Source of the DNA: Ruditapes philippinarum
Lineage: Eukaryota
Direction of reading: 5' to 3'
Assembly (NCBI RefSeq): GCF_026571515.1
Contig: NW_026859650.1
Coordinates: forward strand, 496,001 to 560,000
DNA length: 64,000 bases
Both the position numbers and the translations under genes were made by a program. Under the pieces are notes generated by a model that did no database searches, was not told where the DNA came from, and was given only the letters and a program-made list of their open reading frames with translations. Shown here one piece after another: positions 43,021 to 54,500 of the stretch. Position 1 is the first letter of the stretch; the number at the start of each line of letters is the position of its first letter.

Positions 43021-44696
43021 GTGAGTATTATCATAAATGCACCAGTTGATTTTTTTTCCAAACTGAACCGGCGTGTTTATGACTCCTCCAAGAAAAAAAT
43101 GAAGAGTCTATAATTAATTCAATGACCTTTCTTCACTTCTTAAAGCATTATTTTGTAACAACTTGCCGACTGTAACAATACAAATAATAATTGTATTTCC
43201 AGCTCATTCCTAGTTACAGTTTAGATAATTAAACCTTACTGGAAATATTGCGTAAACGGACATTTGTCACATATTTTCGCGACCCGTTTTTATTTATTTC
43301 TTTGTTGTTGAAAAGGATCGATATAAAATGAATAAAAAACAAAGCATCGTTGAAGATTGAAGACAGTTCTGCTTCCCTGCAGGCAATTATTTGCTAATGC
43401 CTTCTAAAAGATCATATCTAGTTTAAAATAGTTTTTTGAAAAATGCATGGTAGCAAGTTTTTTTTATCCCCAGATAGTTCAATACCCTAGTATGCAGACA
43501 GTTCACTACCTAAGCAATTTTCCCTTATATTAGAAAAAAAGTTTTTCATAAAGAGACAATATTTTTATATCACCCATTAATTTATGTAGTTTTATAATGG
43601 AATATGATCAACAAGGAAAATAGCACATGACTGTATTTTTAAATCCAAAAATTTAATTGGCACAGAAATCATGTTTTCTATTTGTTTGTTTTTTTGTTTT
43701 TTTTGGGGTGTGTGTTGGATTTAATCTCTAAGATTTCTGTGCATTTATAGGAATTATTGGACCACTAAAAAGTTGTGTGGGCCACCAAAATTTATAGGTC
43801 AGTGGTCCAGGATACGGCCTAGCTAAAATAGCTTGTCTTTGACACTGCCTAAGCTTATACTAGAGAATCTGAATACTGGTCCATTAAACTAAATCCCAAA
43901 TGATGATTTGCAAAGAACATAAATAGCATAAACAGTGTCATACTTGTAGCACTGACCTGAATACAATTGAATTCTCAGGCATTGAATTTAAGATTTTTTG
44001 AATTTTTGAATTTACTGGCCCGTATTCCAGTTTACAATTTATTCTACTATATATTTTACTAAATTCTCTAAAATTTACACTGGTCATGGTAATCTGTTAC
44101 TGTATTAGTAAGGGGCAGGATGTGAAGTGGTTGAACATGCTTGAACAAGATATTTTGAGTATTAAAACATTACTTAGAACATGCAAATTGAAAAAATTAT
44201 AATGATACCGTTACGGTTTGTCGATCAGGATATTTTAAAGATATTGGTCAATTGTTTATGATGTTAGAAGTTTCTTGATTGTGATTAATATTATAGGTCC
44301 TGCTGACAGTGTCCAATATGAAAGTTCATCGAAAAGGCAGGAACTGCTAGGGGTTGTAATGTGTAGTTGAGGCTAGATCTGACGGGTAAGCAATATAGTT
44401 GAGGTTACAAGGACCCAATTTTACAATTGTCTACAGTAGAACCAGATATTTTGTCATGGCAAAAATTCCCGAAATCTTAATTCAGTCTAATTTCACGAGG
44501 ATTAAAATTCGCATAATTAGCCTTTTCTTCTTAAATATTAATGAAAAACTGATTACCCTGACACTGGGGTATAAAAATAGGTTTGAAGGGTACTATGGAA
44601 ACGCATTTTTTCGTAACATTTGTGTGATGTTTAAAACTGTCATTTCAAACACTAGACATTATATTGTTGTTTTTTTTTTTGGTGTTTCCAAACTAG

Positions 44697-45055
44697 ATGG
44701 GAGGATGAGTGCAGAAGCCTGCATAGAAAGATTTGGCGCATGGAGGAGCGGATTACTGCTTTAGAGTGTCAGAATACAAAAGTGGAGGACCCCGAATTAT
44801 AAGCTGTGGAACATGTAAGTGATACTCAAGAAGTCTTGGTTACATTAGCAAAGACTATCTTCACTGTGGAGGAACTTAGAAACCACTCTAGGACTGGAAA
44901 GATGACCCAATAAGTGCAAGGATTACCCGAGACCACCACTTGAACCCATGAAACTCAGCAATTTTTAAAGACTAGTGAGGAAGAAAACCGGTGTATCAAA
45001 AGAAGTATTTAATAAAAAACTAGAGAACTTACAAAAGGTCATCAGAAGGAAATAA
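44697..45055 (+). pseudogene. Terminal exon: coiled coil plus BEN domain, with 2 internal stops and 1 frameshift
   Basis: After a poly-T...TAG acceptor: WEDECRSLHRKIWRMEERITALECQN...*...LVTLAKTIFTVEELRNHSRTGKMT/NKCKDYPRPPLEPMKLSNF*RLVRKKTGVSKEVFNKKLENLQKVIRRK*. This fits the BEN pattern L..hF+.EEL...S.TGK....RP.L(D/E)P.KL. Stops at 44800 and 44966; +1 frameshift near 44908. Confidence 0.78.
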
Positions 45056-45669
45056 ATCACAAAATAAGTGAAACATTGGAAACTAAACAAACTAATTTCA
45101 AGTTCTTGGTTTTTGCACTTTTGAAAATCAGCAAGCTGTATTGAAGAAACTATTTCTTAATTCTTGTTTAACAAAGATGTGTAGTTTTTAAATTTTACAT
45201 GTAGTTTTACATGTTTGTGGTTTACTTTTTAACAATATAGCTTAGAGCTTATGTTGAGTACATATTGTTTAGACTTGTCAGTCCACAAATTGATTGGTAT
45301 CATCTGTCTGCTCTGGTCTTGCATTTTTCATGAATGTGAAATAATGTAAATGTAGTTTAGGAACTGTTCATGAACTGTAGTACTTGAACTGTTCTTGCAC
45401 TTTTTGTGTTTTATTAAAACAATATTATTAACTTTAGGAAATCTTATTTGGGAGTAAGAGTGCATCTTTAACAAGGAAATATTATAAAACAAAGCAGAAG
45501 TGAATAACCAAAATAACTGTTTAGTTTAGATCTAAAAAAATGTGTTGAGACTCAATACTTACTATTATATATATATAAAGCCAACAAATGTATATAAAAT
45601 ATTTGCTATTATATCTGCTCTTTGGAATGATTTTGTATTTTCAACTTATTCAACTACTATATCCAGTGA

Positions 45670-45730
45670 TTTTTATGCCCCCGAAGGTGGGCATATTAAT
45701 TAAAATCGCACTGTCCGTCCGTCCGGCTCT
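45670..45730 (+). mobile_element. Terminal fragment of a HINE/DINE-1-like element nested in the 5-kb transposon
   Basis: TTTTT, then hairpin ATGCCC-CCGAAGGT-GGGCAT, then (GTCC)n. Confidence 0.7.
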
Positions 45731-45734
45731 GTAT

Positions 45735-46197
45735 TTGGTAGTATTCTACCAAAATTTACCGCTGGTATTTCAGAGGAATTCCACTAGAAAACCAGTGGTA
45801 AACTTTTAATGGAATACCACAAAAGTTTACCGCTGGTATTTCAGTAGAATTCCACTGGAAAACCAGCGGTAAACTTTTAGTGGAATACCACCAAATTTTA
45901 CCGCTGGTATTTCAGTGGAATTCCACTGAAATACCATCGGTAAAATTTGGTTGAATTCCACTGGTATTCCAGTGGAATTCCACTGAAATACCAGCGGTAA
46001 AATTTGGTGGTATTCCACTAAAAGTTTACCGCTGGTATTTCAGTGGTATTCCAGTGGAATTCCACTGAAATACCAGCGGTAAACTTTTAGTGGAATACCA
46101 CCAAAATTTACCGCTGGTATTCCACTGAAAATCCACTGGAATACCAGCGGTATTCCAGTGGTATTCTAGTGGTATTCCACTGAATTTTTTACTGGGG
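45735..46197. repeat. Right subterminal array of tandem palindromic units (TACCGCTGGTATTTCAGTGGAATTCCACTGAAATACCAGCGGTA)
   Basis: Perfect 32-bp palindrome at 45905-45936 inside a 60-bp near-perfect palindrome at 45891-45950; the unit is repeated several times. Confidence 0.92.
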
Positions 46198-47330
46198 ATA
46201 TATAAGAAATATGTCTTCGATTTTACTGGTAAATTGTTATGTATGGAACACATTGTCTTTATGATGTTGAATATATTCAGTGCCAGATAAACAATTACTT
46301 GCAACATGACAAATATATTTTATTTTCAGATATTTGTAGCTTCAGTTATGGGAGTACACAAGATTAATTGAACTGGAATCCCTTCAGACGTTGACATAGC
46401 TAAATTTCGCAGTTTCAACTATAAATGGACATTAAATTAATATACATTGGTTTTATTTTATACATGTATTTGTTAATATTTTTGTTTTCCATTATTTCCC
46501 AATATTGTTAATTTTGGATAATATAATGCCACAGAAAACTTGTCGGTCTTGGAGTATGGCTGTTTAACAAAAACACTACAGATTGTTCGTCAGAACAATG
46601 AAATTACAGTTTTGCTTGTTATAATGAACTAATTTACATAAATATATAATTTTTGTAAATATGAAGAAATTTGGAAACATATCATATAATGGGTATTTGT
46701 TTCTTTTGCATGCAAGATCCAAATATATTTCATAGAGTGAACAGCAGATTTAATATTTTCATGAATGGCATTGAAAAAACATATACAATGTATAACTTTG
46801 CCACAATGTTGGTAAATTGGAGGCTGCTATTTTACTGTGACTGAAAGTAGTTCAGATATGACACCTTATTATGTCCGAGGTCTATAGCCCATCATACAAG
46901 CCAAAGAGAGCAGATTTTTTTTTCTGTGTAGAATCATTAATTTTCAATGTTCAGATTTGAAAGTGATTCTGTCATATTTCCTGAATTTGTTTAATTTCCT
47001 TCATGATTTGCAAATATTAATTATCTACTTTTTTATTTTATCACATTTTTCTGAGAAATAAATGTATTTCCCACAAAATTTCTGTTTGTTTATAGGCTTT
47101 TCAATCTCATTCAAATAAGGGTCTGGCTACTTTTGAAATTATACTTTATTGTGAAATAATCTAAAAGTAATGTCATTTTTTTACTGTTGAAAAGAATGTT
47201 ATAAGTTATGGTGTTCAATTGATTTCTGAAGGACAACTTTTGAAGGAAATGAAGTGAGTTGATATTTGCCATGTTAGTATCAAAAGGCAGATTTAGTTTT
47301 CAATAAATTATTTTTGATGCTGTTATGCCC

Positions 47331-47960
47331 TTTTTAGCTCGACTTTTTTCTTTTTAAAAAAAATAGAGGTATTGTTTACAGTCATGGCAATTGCCGAGGT
47401 CATCCACAAACTTATACTTTGATCATTACTTTTTAGCTCACCTGAGCACAACGTGCTCATGGTGAACTATTGTGATCCCCCACCATCAGTTGTTGTGGGT
47501 CGTCAAAAATTTCTTTAAACAAATCTCCTCCGAAACCAAAGACTGCACAGTAATAAAACTTTGCAGGAATGACCCTACAGTTAGTGCCCTTAATTACTTT
47601 TGTCCAGTGCATAACTTGAAAACTAGTACATGTAGTTGGAATTCAATACAAATTCATACAATGGTCAAGCGAAATGAGAGAAAGTGCAGTGTACAATAAC
47701 CATTACTCAATCTGCAGTATTTATAGAGTTATTGATCTTTTTCCTTGTCTTTCTGGACTTATTATAGAGTAATTCAATAAAACTTCATCAATGGTCAACC
47801 ACATTGAAAGGAAATGCAACATACAAGAACCACAACTTACTTCTTTAATTGCCCACAAACATAACTCTATTTCAATTCTTTTACAAGGTATTCTGTTACA
47901 TCCTAATGTCCAAAGCAGTCTTGTGGGGGTATTAATCACATTTAGTGATAGTTCTAGTTT
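47331..47960 (+). mobile_element. Composite of Helentron-associated (HINE-like) elements
   Basis: Two starts: TTTTTAGCTCGACT (47331) and TTTTTAGCTCACCTGAGCACAACGTGCTCA (about 47430, hairpin TGAGCAC-AAC-GTGCTCA). The 3' end has a short hairpin ATCAC-ATTTA-GTGAT followed by TCTAGTTTT. Confidence 0.7.
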
Positions 47961-48677
47961 TAACTAATCATACTTTACTTATTGTTTTGTGAGAATTTCA
48001 TGAATCTCTCTGGATGAAATTGTGACTTTGATAAGTCATGTATTCACAATCACTGAAAGTTTATCCCTGATGGAACACTTATTACTAGTATGCATAGAAA
48101 CAGAAAGATTTTTCAACCATTTTCTTTTCGAGTTGTTTGAACACTATCCAGTCTATATGCACATGGGTTGATGATAACTTGAATATCAGATTGATAATAA
48201 CTATAATCCCCAAGAATGAGCATGTTTTTCATATGCCTTATAAGTAGATGATATTATCAATGCTAAGTCATTGTTAATAGAGGACTTGGTTATCTACTTC
48301 CAGCTTCTGCTTCTGTCAGTAGTGTACTCTTAAAATTTATCCAATTTAAAGTATTATTTTGAGGATATAAAGCAATTTGGTTTTTCGATCTCAACTGAAC
48401 CACTTGAGAAAAAGTACTGGTTTTAGTACTTTTGATAAACCGTGTTGTAATTGTTGGATGTCAATGATAAATCTCCCTGAATAAAATCATATGGCAAAAT
48501 ATTGCACTTTCCTTTGTACTCAGTCATTTCCACTTGAATATGACTTGACCCTTTAAAAAAAGTTGCAAAAGGACAGGAAATTTGGCCTTTCAAGTGATCA
48601 CCAGCAATATAATGTCATATAAATTTGTCAGCGCAAGCGACCCTCCAGTGCTTTCAGTGCTTTGATTTAACAAACTT

Positions 48678-48751
48678 GGCCACACATGAATTACATGTCT
48701 TATTTTAGCAAACAGGCCCACATATGAATTACATGTCTTATTTTAGCAAAC
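48678..48751. repeat. Tandem duplication of about 37 bp
   Basis: ATGAATTACATGTCTTATTTTAGCAAAC twice. Confidence 0.9.
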
Positions 48752-48984
48752 TCAGGCCAAATTGTTCTTTAAAATCTTGACACGGTCAATCAAAACAGAA
48801 TTACTTATAAATTATTTAACTGCATACTTTGGGATAAATAATATTTTGGATAACATGAAATTATATATCACAACATTAGCATTACAAAAAATATTGTCAA
48901 TCAGACTGATCTAAAAGTATTTAAAGACGTAACTAAAAACAAACGGTATTTTTTTTTTTTGGCATACTGCTATTTTTAATATTG

Positions 48985-49125
48985 TAGAAAATCTTCATAT
49001 GGATTTTTTTCTGGATTCTCTTTTTCAGGGAGAAAAATCTTCATATGGACTTTTTCTGGAGTCTCACTGTTTTTTTCACGGAGCAAAATCTACATATGAA
49101 TTTTTTCTGGATGAGGAAAATCTAC
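48985..49125. repeat. Degenerate tandem repeat, about 45-50 bp x 3
   Basis: AAAATCT.CATATG.A.TTTTTCTGGA three times. Confidence 0.8.
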
Positions 49126-51489
49126 TTATTTCTGTTTTTTTTTCAAGGAGCTTGAGCAGGGATTATGGCATGGGGTTTATAATTAATTGATGCTTCAATA
49201 ATAACAACATGAAATCCCACAATAAAACAGCAGTGAATTACTAGGTCCTCTAAAACTGTATGAGGTAATAGATTATGCATCAATAGACTTAGTTTTGTTT
49301 AGGTGTTCATGCTATTCTGCCATAATGAGCGGAATTGGAAATCTCACCATGGGCCGCTTGTAGACTTTAATGGGTCAATATACATGCAATGCTCACATAT
49401 AATATAGTATCACAGGCATCGAAATCTTCTAAATTGTCTCCTGGCTTGTATGTGGGGTTCAAACATGCAATCTTACGGTATCTTTAGCAAACTTGCAAAT
49501 ACTTTTCTTACCAGTATACCGGTATGCAACATAGCAATTTCCTATTGCAGAATTAATGAGTGTTTTTTTTTTTTATTAAGTTTTTTTTCTTCTAAAAAGT
49601 AGTATTTTTATCAGAAAGAATGTACAGTGTTATGCCAGAGGCTAAGTAAAGTATGTCACATTATTTTTGCCAAGTTCAGGTATAATGCTGAAACGGTACT
49701 ATTTCTAGAGCATTGTTTTGAGAAATTCTTACACTATTACGCACTTGACTGACATATACAGAATGAATGTACTTGACACTTAGCGACTATTTCACAACAT
49801 ATTGTTACTATAAAACACTTAATAATAATAACTGTTCTTTTACACAATCTTTTTCGCAACATAGATGTTTATATATATATATTACAAACAAACAAACAGA
49901 AACACATTTCCATCTCTACATACGGCCTAAAACGAAAACTTACTTATTGAGCTATAAGGCAACGTTACTTTTATTTCTATTCGAGAAACCTTTAATATAA
50001 ACGATATTTCATGTTCTTAAAAGGGTGTTCGTTATATTATAAAAGACGAGTCATTTCGCAACGTTGACTCCATTAAGACCCACCATCAAAGCTCCTTTCT
50101 CGCGTATTGTAGGGGGTCTAATGAAAACAAGATGTTATGAATATTGATTCAACTTATAACACGGAATGCGTTGAATTCATTTCAATAAAACTTATCAGGA
50201 TCTATTCAATAATCAATTAAGTATCAATTCACATGAATGCCTGTATAAGCAAACTCTGGTGATATAAACTGATCGAGCCGCAAATATATTACATTTGACT
50301 TTGATTCTGCCCACTGACGTCGGATTTACACGCGTCTTTAAATTTCAATGACAAATCATTTTTTATATGTACACTCCTCTTTTTCCATATCTAACATAAA
50401 ACGGAATGAAGAAGAACTAGGTGCATTTGAAAGATTGCCACATCTAAAATGATAAATGCAGCTAATACTGCAAAAAACGGCAATAAAAGTTGTATCATTC
50501 CACCACTGGAACTATTTTCTTCATGATATAAAGAACATCATTTAATTTACAAGGCATCCCAATTTTACTGACAAGAAAGTAAGGATGCTGTTTTAGTATA
50601 GAACTATAGAATCTCTAACTCTGAAATTAAATTCAAGAGAATTTAATCAGCTTGTTCACAGCAGAACGAGTTCTACATTTGAAACACAAAGAAAAGTCTG
50701 TAAAAGATAAACATTTACAAAAAAAAAAGATACAAGAGTTATTCAACTGAATTAATAATGAAACATCAGAATTCAACTTTTTTTTCTATAGCAGTCCAAT
50801 TCTGCAATGGAAAAAAAACTTCACATAAAGTAACAAACAAATTCAAACATTAGGTATCTAAGCAACATTAATTTAAATTTTGTGTATGTCGGTGCTTATA
50901 GAGTTACCCTCCTTGTATCCAAAATACAAGACACCGTCTCTATCACTGTACCGAGTAACTTCGTAAACAGATTAATCAGTCCCAATATATTGATCTCGAT
51001 AACGGAGCGTAAAATAACGCACTTGCATCAGGGGGAATTTGTTTTTGTCATTATTCGGCAGGGTGACTAGTACCGAAATACAAGTATTGGAACATTGTTG
51101 ATGAAATATCACTCTGATTTATCGCTTTCCTTGAGATAAATTGACAATCGGAGCCATAAACACGGCTACAAGTAAGCTAAAATCAGGAAAACAAGCTCAA
51201 TGACCAGCGTCTTAATCATAAATTGTTTCCTTCGCAAACTCCACTTTTCTCTAAAAGGGCAAATTATTCTCTTTTCCCTCTAAAAGGGCAACCAGTCTAT
51301 CGTGAAAACATTATCCTTGTTCCTGGCAAAGTTAATTCATAAGAATCTGTAACCCACGACTTTTTTTAAGTAAAACATTTCTTGCTGCACAGGTACGACA
51401 GTATTATAATTAGATATCAATTTTAATATAACTTTAATACAACTTAACGAGATCATAAAATTTACACTAATATAAAACAATATGTAATT

Positions 51490-51514
51490 GGCGTCCGCGC
51501 CGAAGCGCGGCGCC
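51490..51514. other. Isolated GC-rich hairpin, probably a rolling-circle (Helitron/Helentron-like) element terminus
   Basis: GGCG-T-CCGCGC-CGAA-GCGCGG-CGCC stem-loop in otherwise AT-rich DNA. Confidence 0.5.
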
Positions 51515-54500
51515 CTTATGGAATGAAATCAGATTTTGTAAAAGGGCGACAGCAACTTCTCGAGCCTTATAGTCGGTCATAATAAAAGCCGATCATTCCG
51601 ATCGGTATCAGGGTGCTTGTTGTTCTCTGGAATAGATATATAAACTAAGTCATGTGAAAGAAATTTACAGACATCATGGGTATCCATGGACCAAGCAGGT
51701 CATTTTTCCAACCCATATCACATAACATACATTAAAACAAGAAGCAAATAAGCTCATGAAGATTAAGTGGGATTTAATAATAGCAATGTTAAACTTGGCA
51801 AATATTACAATTTGTATATGGACTAATAAAATCATGTCGCCACCAATAAAAATAATGTTGCCATCAAGTATAATTATGTTATATTTACAAAATACTGACT
51901 TCAAGTTATTACCACGACCTTTCCGACTGTCTGGTCACTCAGTTCATCTCATCTAAAATATTCAGGTCAATCAAAATATGTCAATCGGGCTAAAAATAGA
52001 TATTTCAGTCAAACTTTCCAATAAAAAGTGCACTTGCAATATTGATGTTATTAATAGCCTTTGGTGACAGGTGGTTTGGCTATAAATAACTGTAATTTAA
52101 ATCTAACCAAATGAAGAAAAATCGGTTCTAAATATTCCCATGCAATTAATTACCTCCTCTTTTTTCTTAATTAATATTTTTCTTTCTTTTTCCTATAAAC
52201 CTTGAATGTATTTTATGCCTGTACAAAATTATTTATAATATTCTGAAAGAGTTATTTCAAAATACCTGTATGAAAAAAATATGTTTGTATATATTCTTTA
52301 AAGTGAACAGTGCATGCGTAATGCTTAAAACAGCAGCATTATATAATATATTTTGTTGCAAAATAATTTTTATTTTGTTTTACCAATAACAATATTCATG
52401 TGTGTTAAATAATAGAGAGATATTATATTATATTATTAAATTTTTCAAGAATCTGACATTAAGTTTATGAAAACAAGATAATTTTCCCAGCTATGTATCA
52501 TAAAAAATATTTCATTGAAAATTGTAACCCTTATACCATGCAGGGCCTTTAAAATCAGGAGGTCCTTTAAAATATGGGACTACACTCATAGATAATGCCT
52601 GGAAGATTAAAATCAATATGCCACGAATCTGGCCCGACATCAGTCCATTACCTTCAATGAACTAAAAGCTGTCGCCTTAAAAAATTGTAGCAATTGTTAA
52701 AACATTATGCATAATGACATGTTTTACATGACAACCTGAACAAATTTTAAAGGTCACATAATAAATTTACAAACCTTAGGGTTAATTACAGTGAAATAAA
52801 ATCACTACAATAATGTAAACTTGAGCATGCATCATTATTTCCCCCCCCCCTTCTCCTCTATATTTTGTTTGTTTTTTTTTGACGTGACTTTTTTTGTATA
52901 TATCAGTACAGTAATTAATGTCTTTTCACTGTAATAATATGCCCACTGTCTTAAATCTTAGTCATAAAACAAATATTATAATAACAACAACAACAGTTAT
53001 ACTGCATGCATAATTTAGATAATTCACTTAATTACAAACATAGTGCATAGTGCAAGGGTCAATTCCTTATTACCTAAAAACAATTTTACAATTTTACAAG
53101 AATGCATAATTTCACACGCAATAAAAGACAATTTCCTAGTTGAAAACAATAAATTGTCAAATTCTCATTGTATATCAGTATATCGTACTTATAAAAGATA
53201 ATTCTAGTCTGAACATATTGTGTTTTTTTACGCTTTCAAATGTTTGAATTCATTATTCTTACGTGTTCAATCAAATTATTAATGATCAAGTATAAATTGT
53301 CTATCAATGTCCAAATTGATATTCATCGGAATTTAAGGACCGTAATATTGTCATGATCAATCAGCAATGTGACTGTGCGTCTCGATAATATAAAAGAAAA
53401 ACAAAAATATATACATGTTCATTGAATTAACAATTTCCTTTCCTGATAAAATTGATAAAACAAAATGACACTGATTCTGTATAGAGAAAAAAAAATTATC
53501 CTATATTACATGGACTGTGTATCAAAAAGACTGGATAAGAAATCTTCGTAAAATTGCAGCATTAAGTCTTTAATGAAACCTCAAGGGGTTTGTTGTCGAC
53601 GAAGTCCATTTCACTTACATAAAAGCAATGTATAACCCATTGTTTCATGCATCCCTTTAAAATGCTATAATACCAGTAAATGATGCTGGCAATAATATAA
53701 TCATTAAATCTCCGACAAATAAAGATATTTTAATTCTACTATCATATATCTAATATTGAGTTTAAAGTTAAAATTCAATCTCTTTTTAACAAGAAATGTT
53801 ACAAGGTTATTAATCTATCATCCGCAAGTCTTTGATGCTACGGCAATAAAAAACGAGTAATATGACAAAAATACAAAGGAAACAGCCTTCAATTCTACCT
53901 AATAATATATACCCTGTTTTGAATTTGGAACAGTTCATTCAATGTGTGAAGGTTTTCAATATCAACATACACAAATGGATTTAAAAAATAAGTACAAAAA
54001 CTGTAGACAGAATTGCATGGATGTGCAGGCTGGCCTGCCGCATCAAATAATACTAGTAACAAATGATAATTATTTTTTAGTTCCTAAATATAAATATTAG
54101 TCTATATATAATCACAAAGGGGGTCAATTCAAGTTAAACTGGTTGGGGACTTAAATTAGCCCTTACTGGTTATAAGTAAACCAGTAGAAATAGGGTGAGA
54201 CTATTACTTCAACAGCACAATCATTATATTAAGCATGTAAAGATTTACTTGAATCTTTTTTACTTTTCTTAAAATCTGTGTTTCGATGTTCTTGAAATTT
54301 TTTGGCTCATCATTCTGTGTAAAAATGGCATGCAGCTTAAACCTCACTATGAAAGACCAACTGACCATACCTTAACTATACTGTGCTCATTATTAACCTT
54401 ATAGCTCCTTAAAAGACAAGTTTCATGCTCAAAGCATTTTAGCTGGGCTGCAGTCAGACTTTAGATAATCTATTTTTCTCTTACTTTTAACATCTTTGCC

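Larger units (their letters stand above)
41173..46197. mobile_element. 5.0-kb non-autonomous TIR DNA transposon with palindromic subterminal arrays, carrying a BEN-domain pseudogene
   Basis: Left end CCCCAGTAAAAATGTCAGTGGAATACCA; right end (reverse complement) CCCCAGTAAAAAATTCAGTGGAATACCA. Flanked by ATAT on both sides, so the TSD could be AT, TA or ATAT. Superfamily uncertain; a CMC/EnSpm-like architecture is plausible. Confidence 0.85.

Noticed and set aside
44399-44764. 121-aa plus-strand ORF
   Set aside because: Mostly intron-like sequence, and out of frame with the coiled-coil/BEN reading frame that starts at 44698.
45735-46197. CRISPR-like appearance of the palindromic repeats (also 17690-17910 and 60811-61070)
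   Set aside because: No unique spacers, no cas genes, and a eukaryotic spliced-gene context.
45588-46307. ORFs with repeated VFQWNSTGIP peptides (also 41125-41376)
   Set aside because: Translations of the palindromic subterminal arrays, not proteins.
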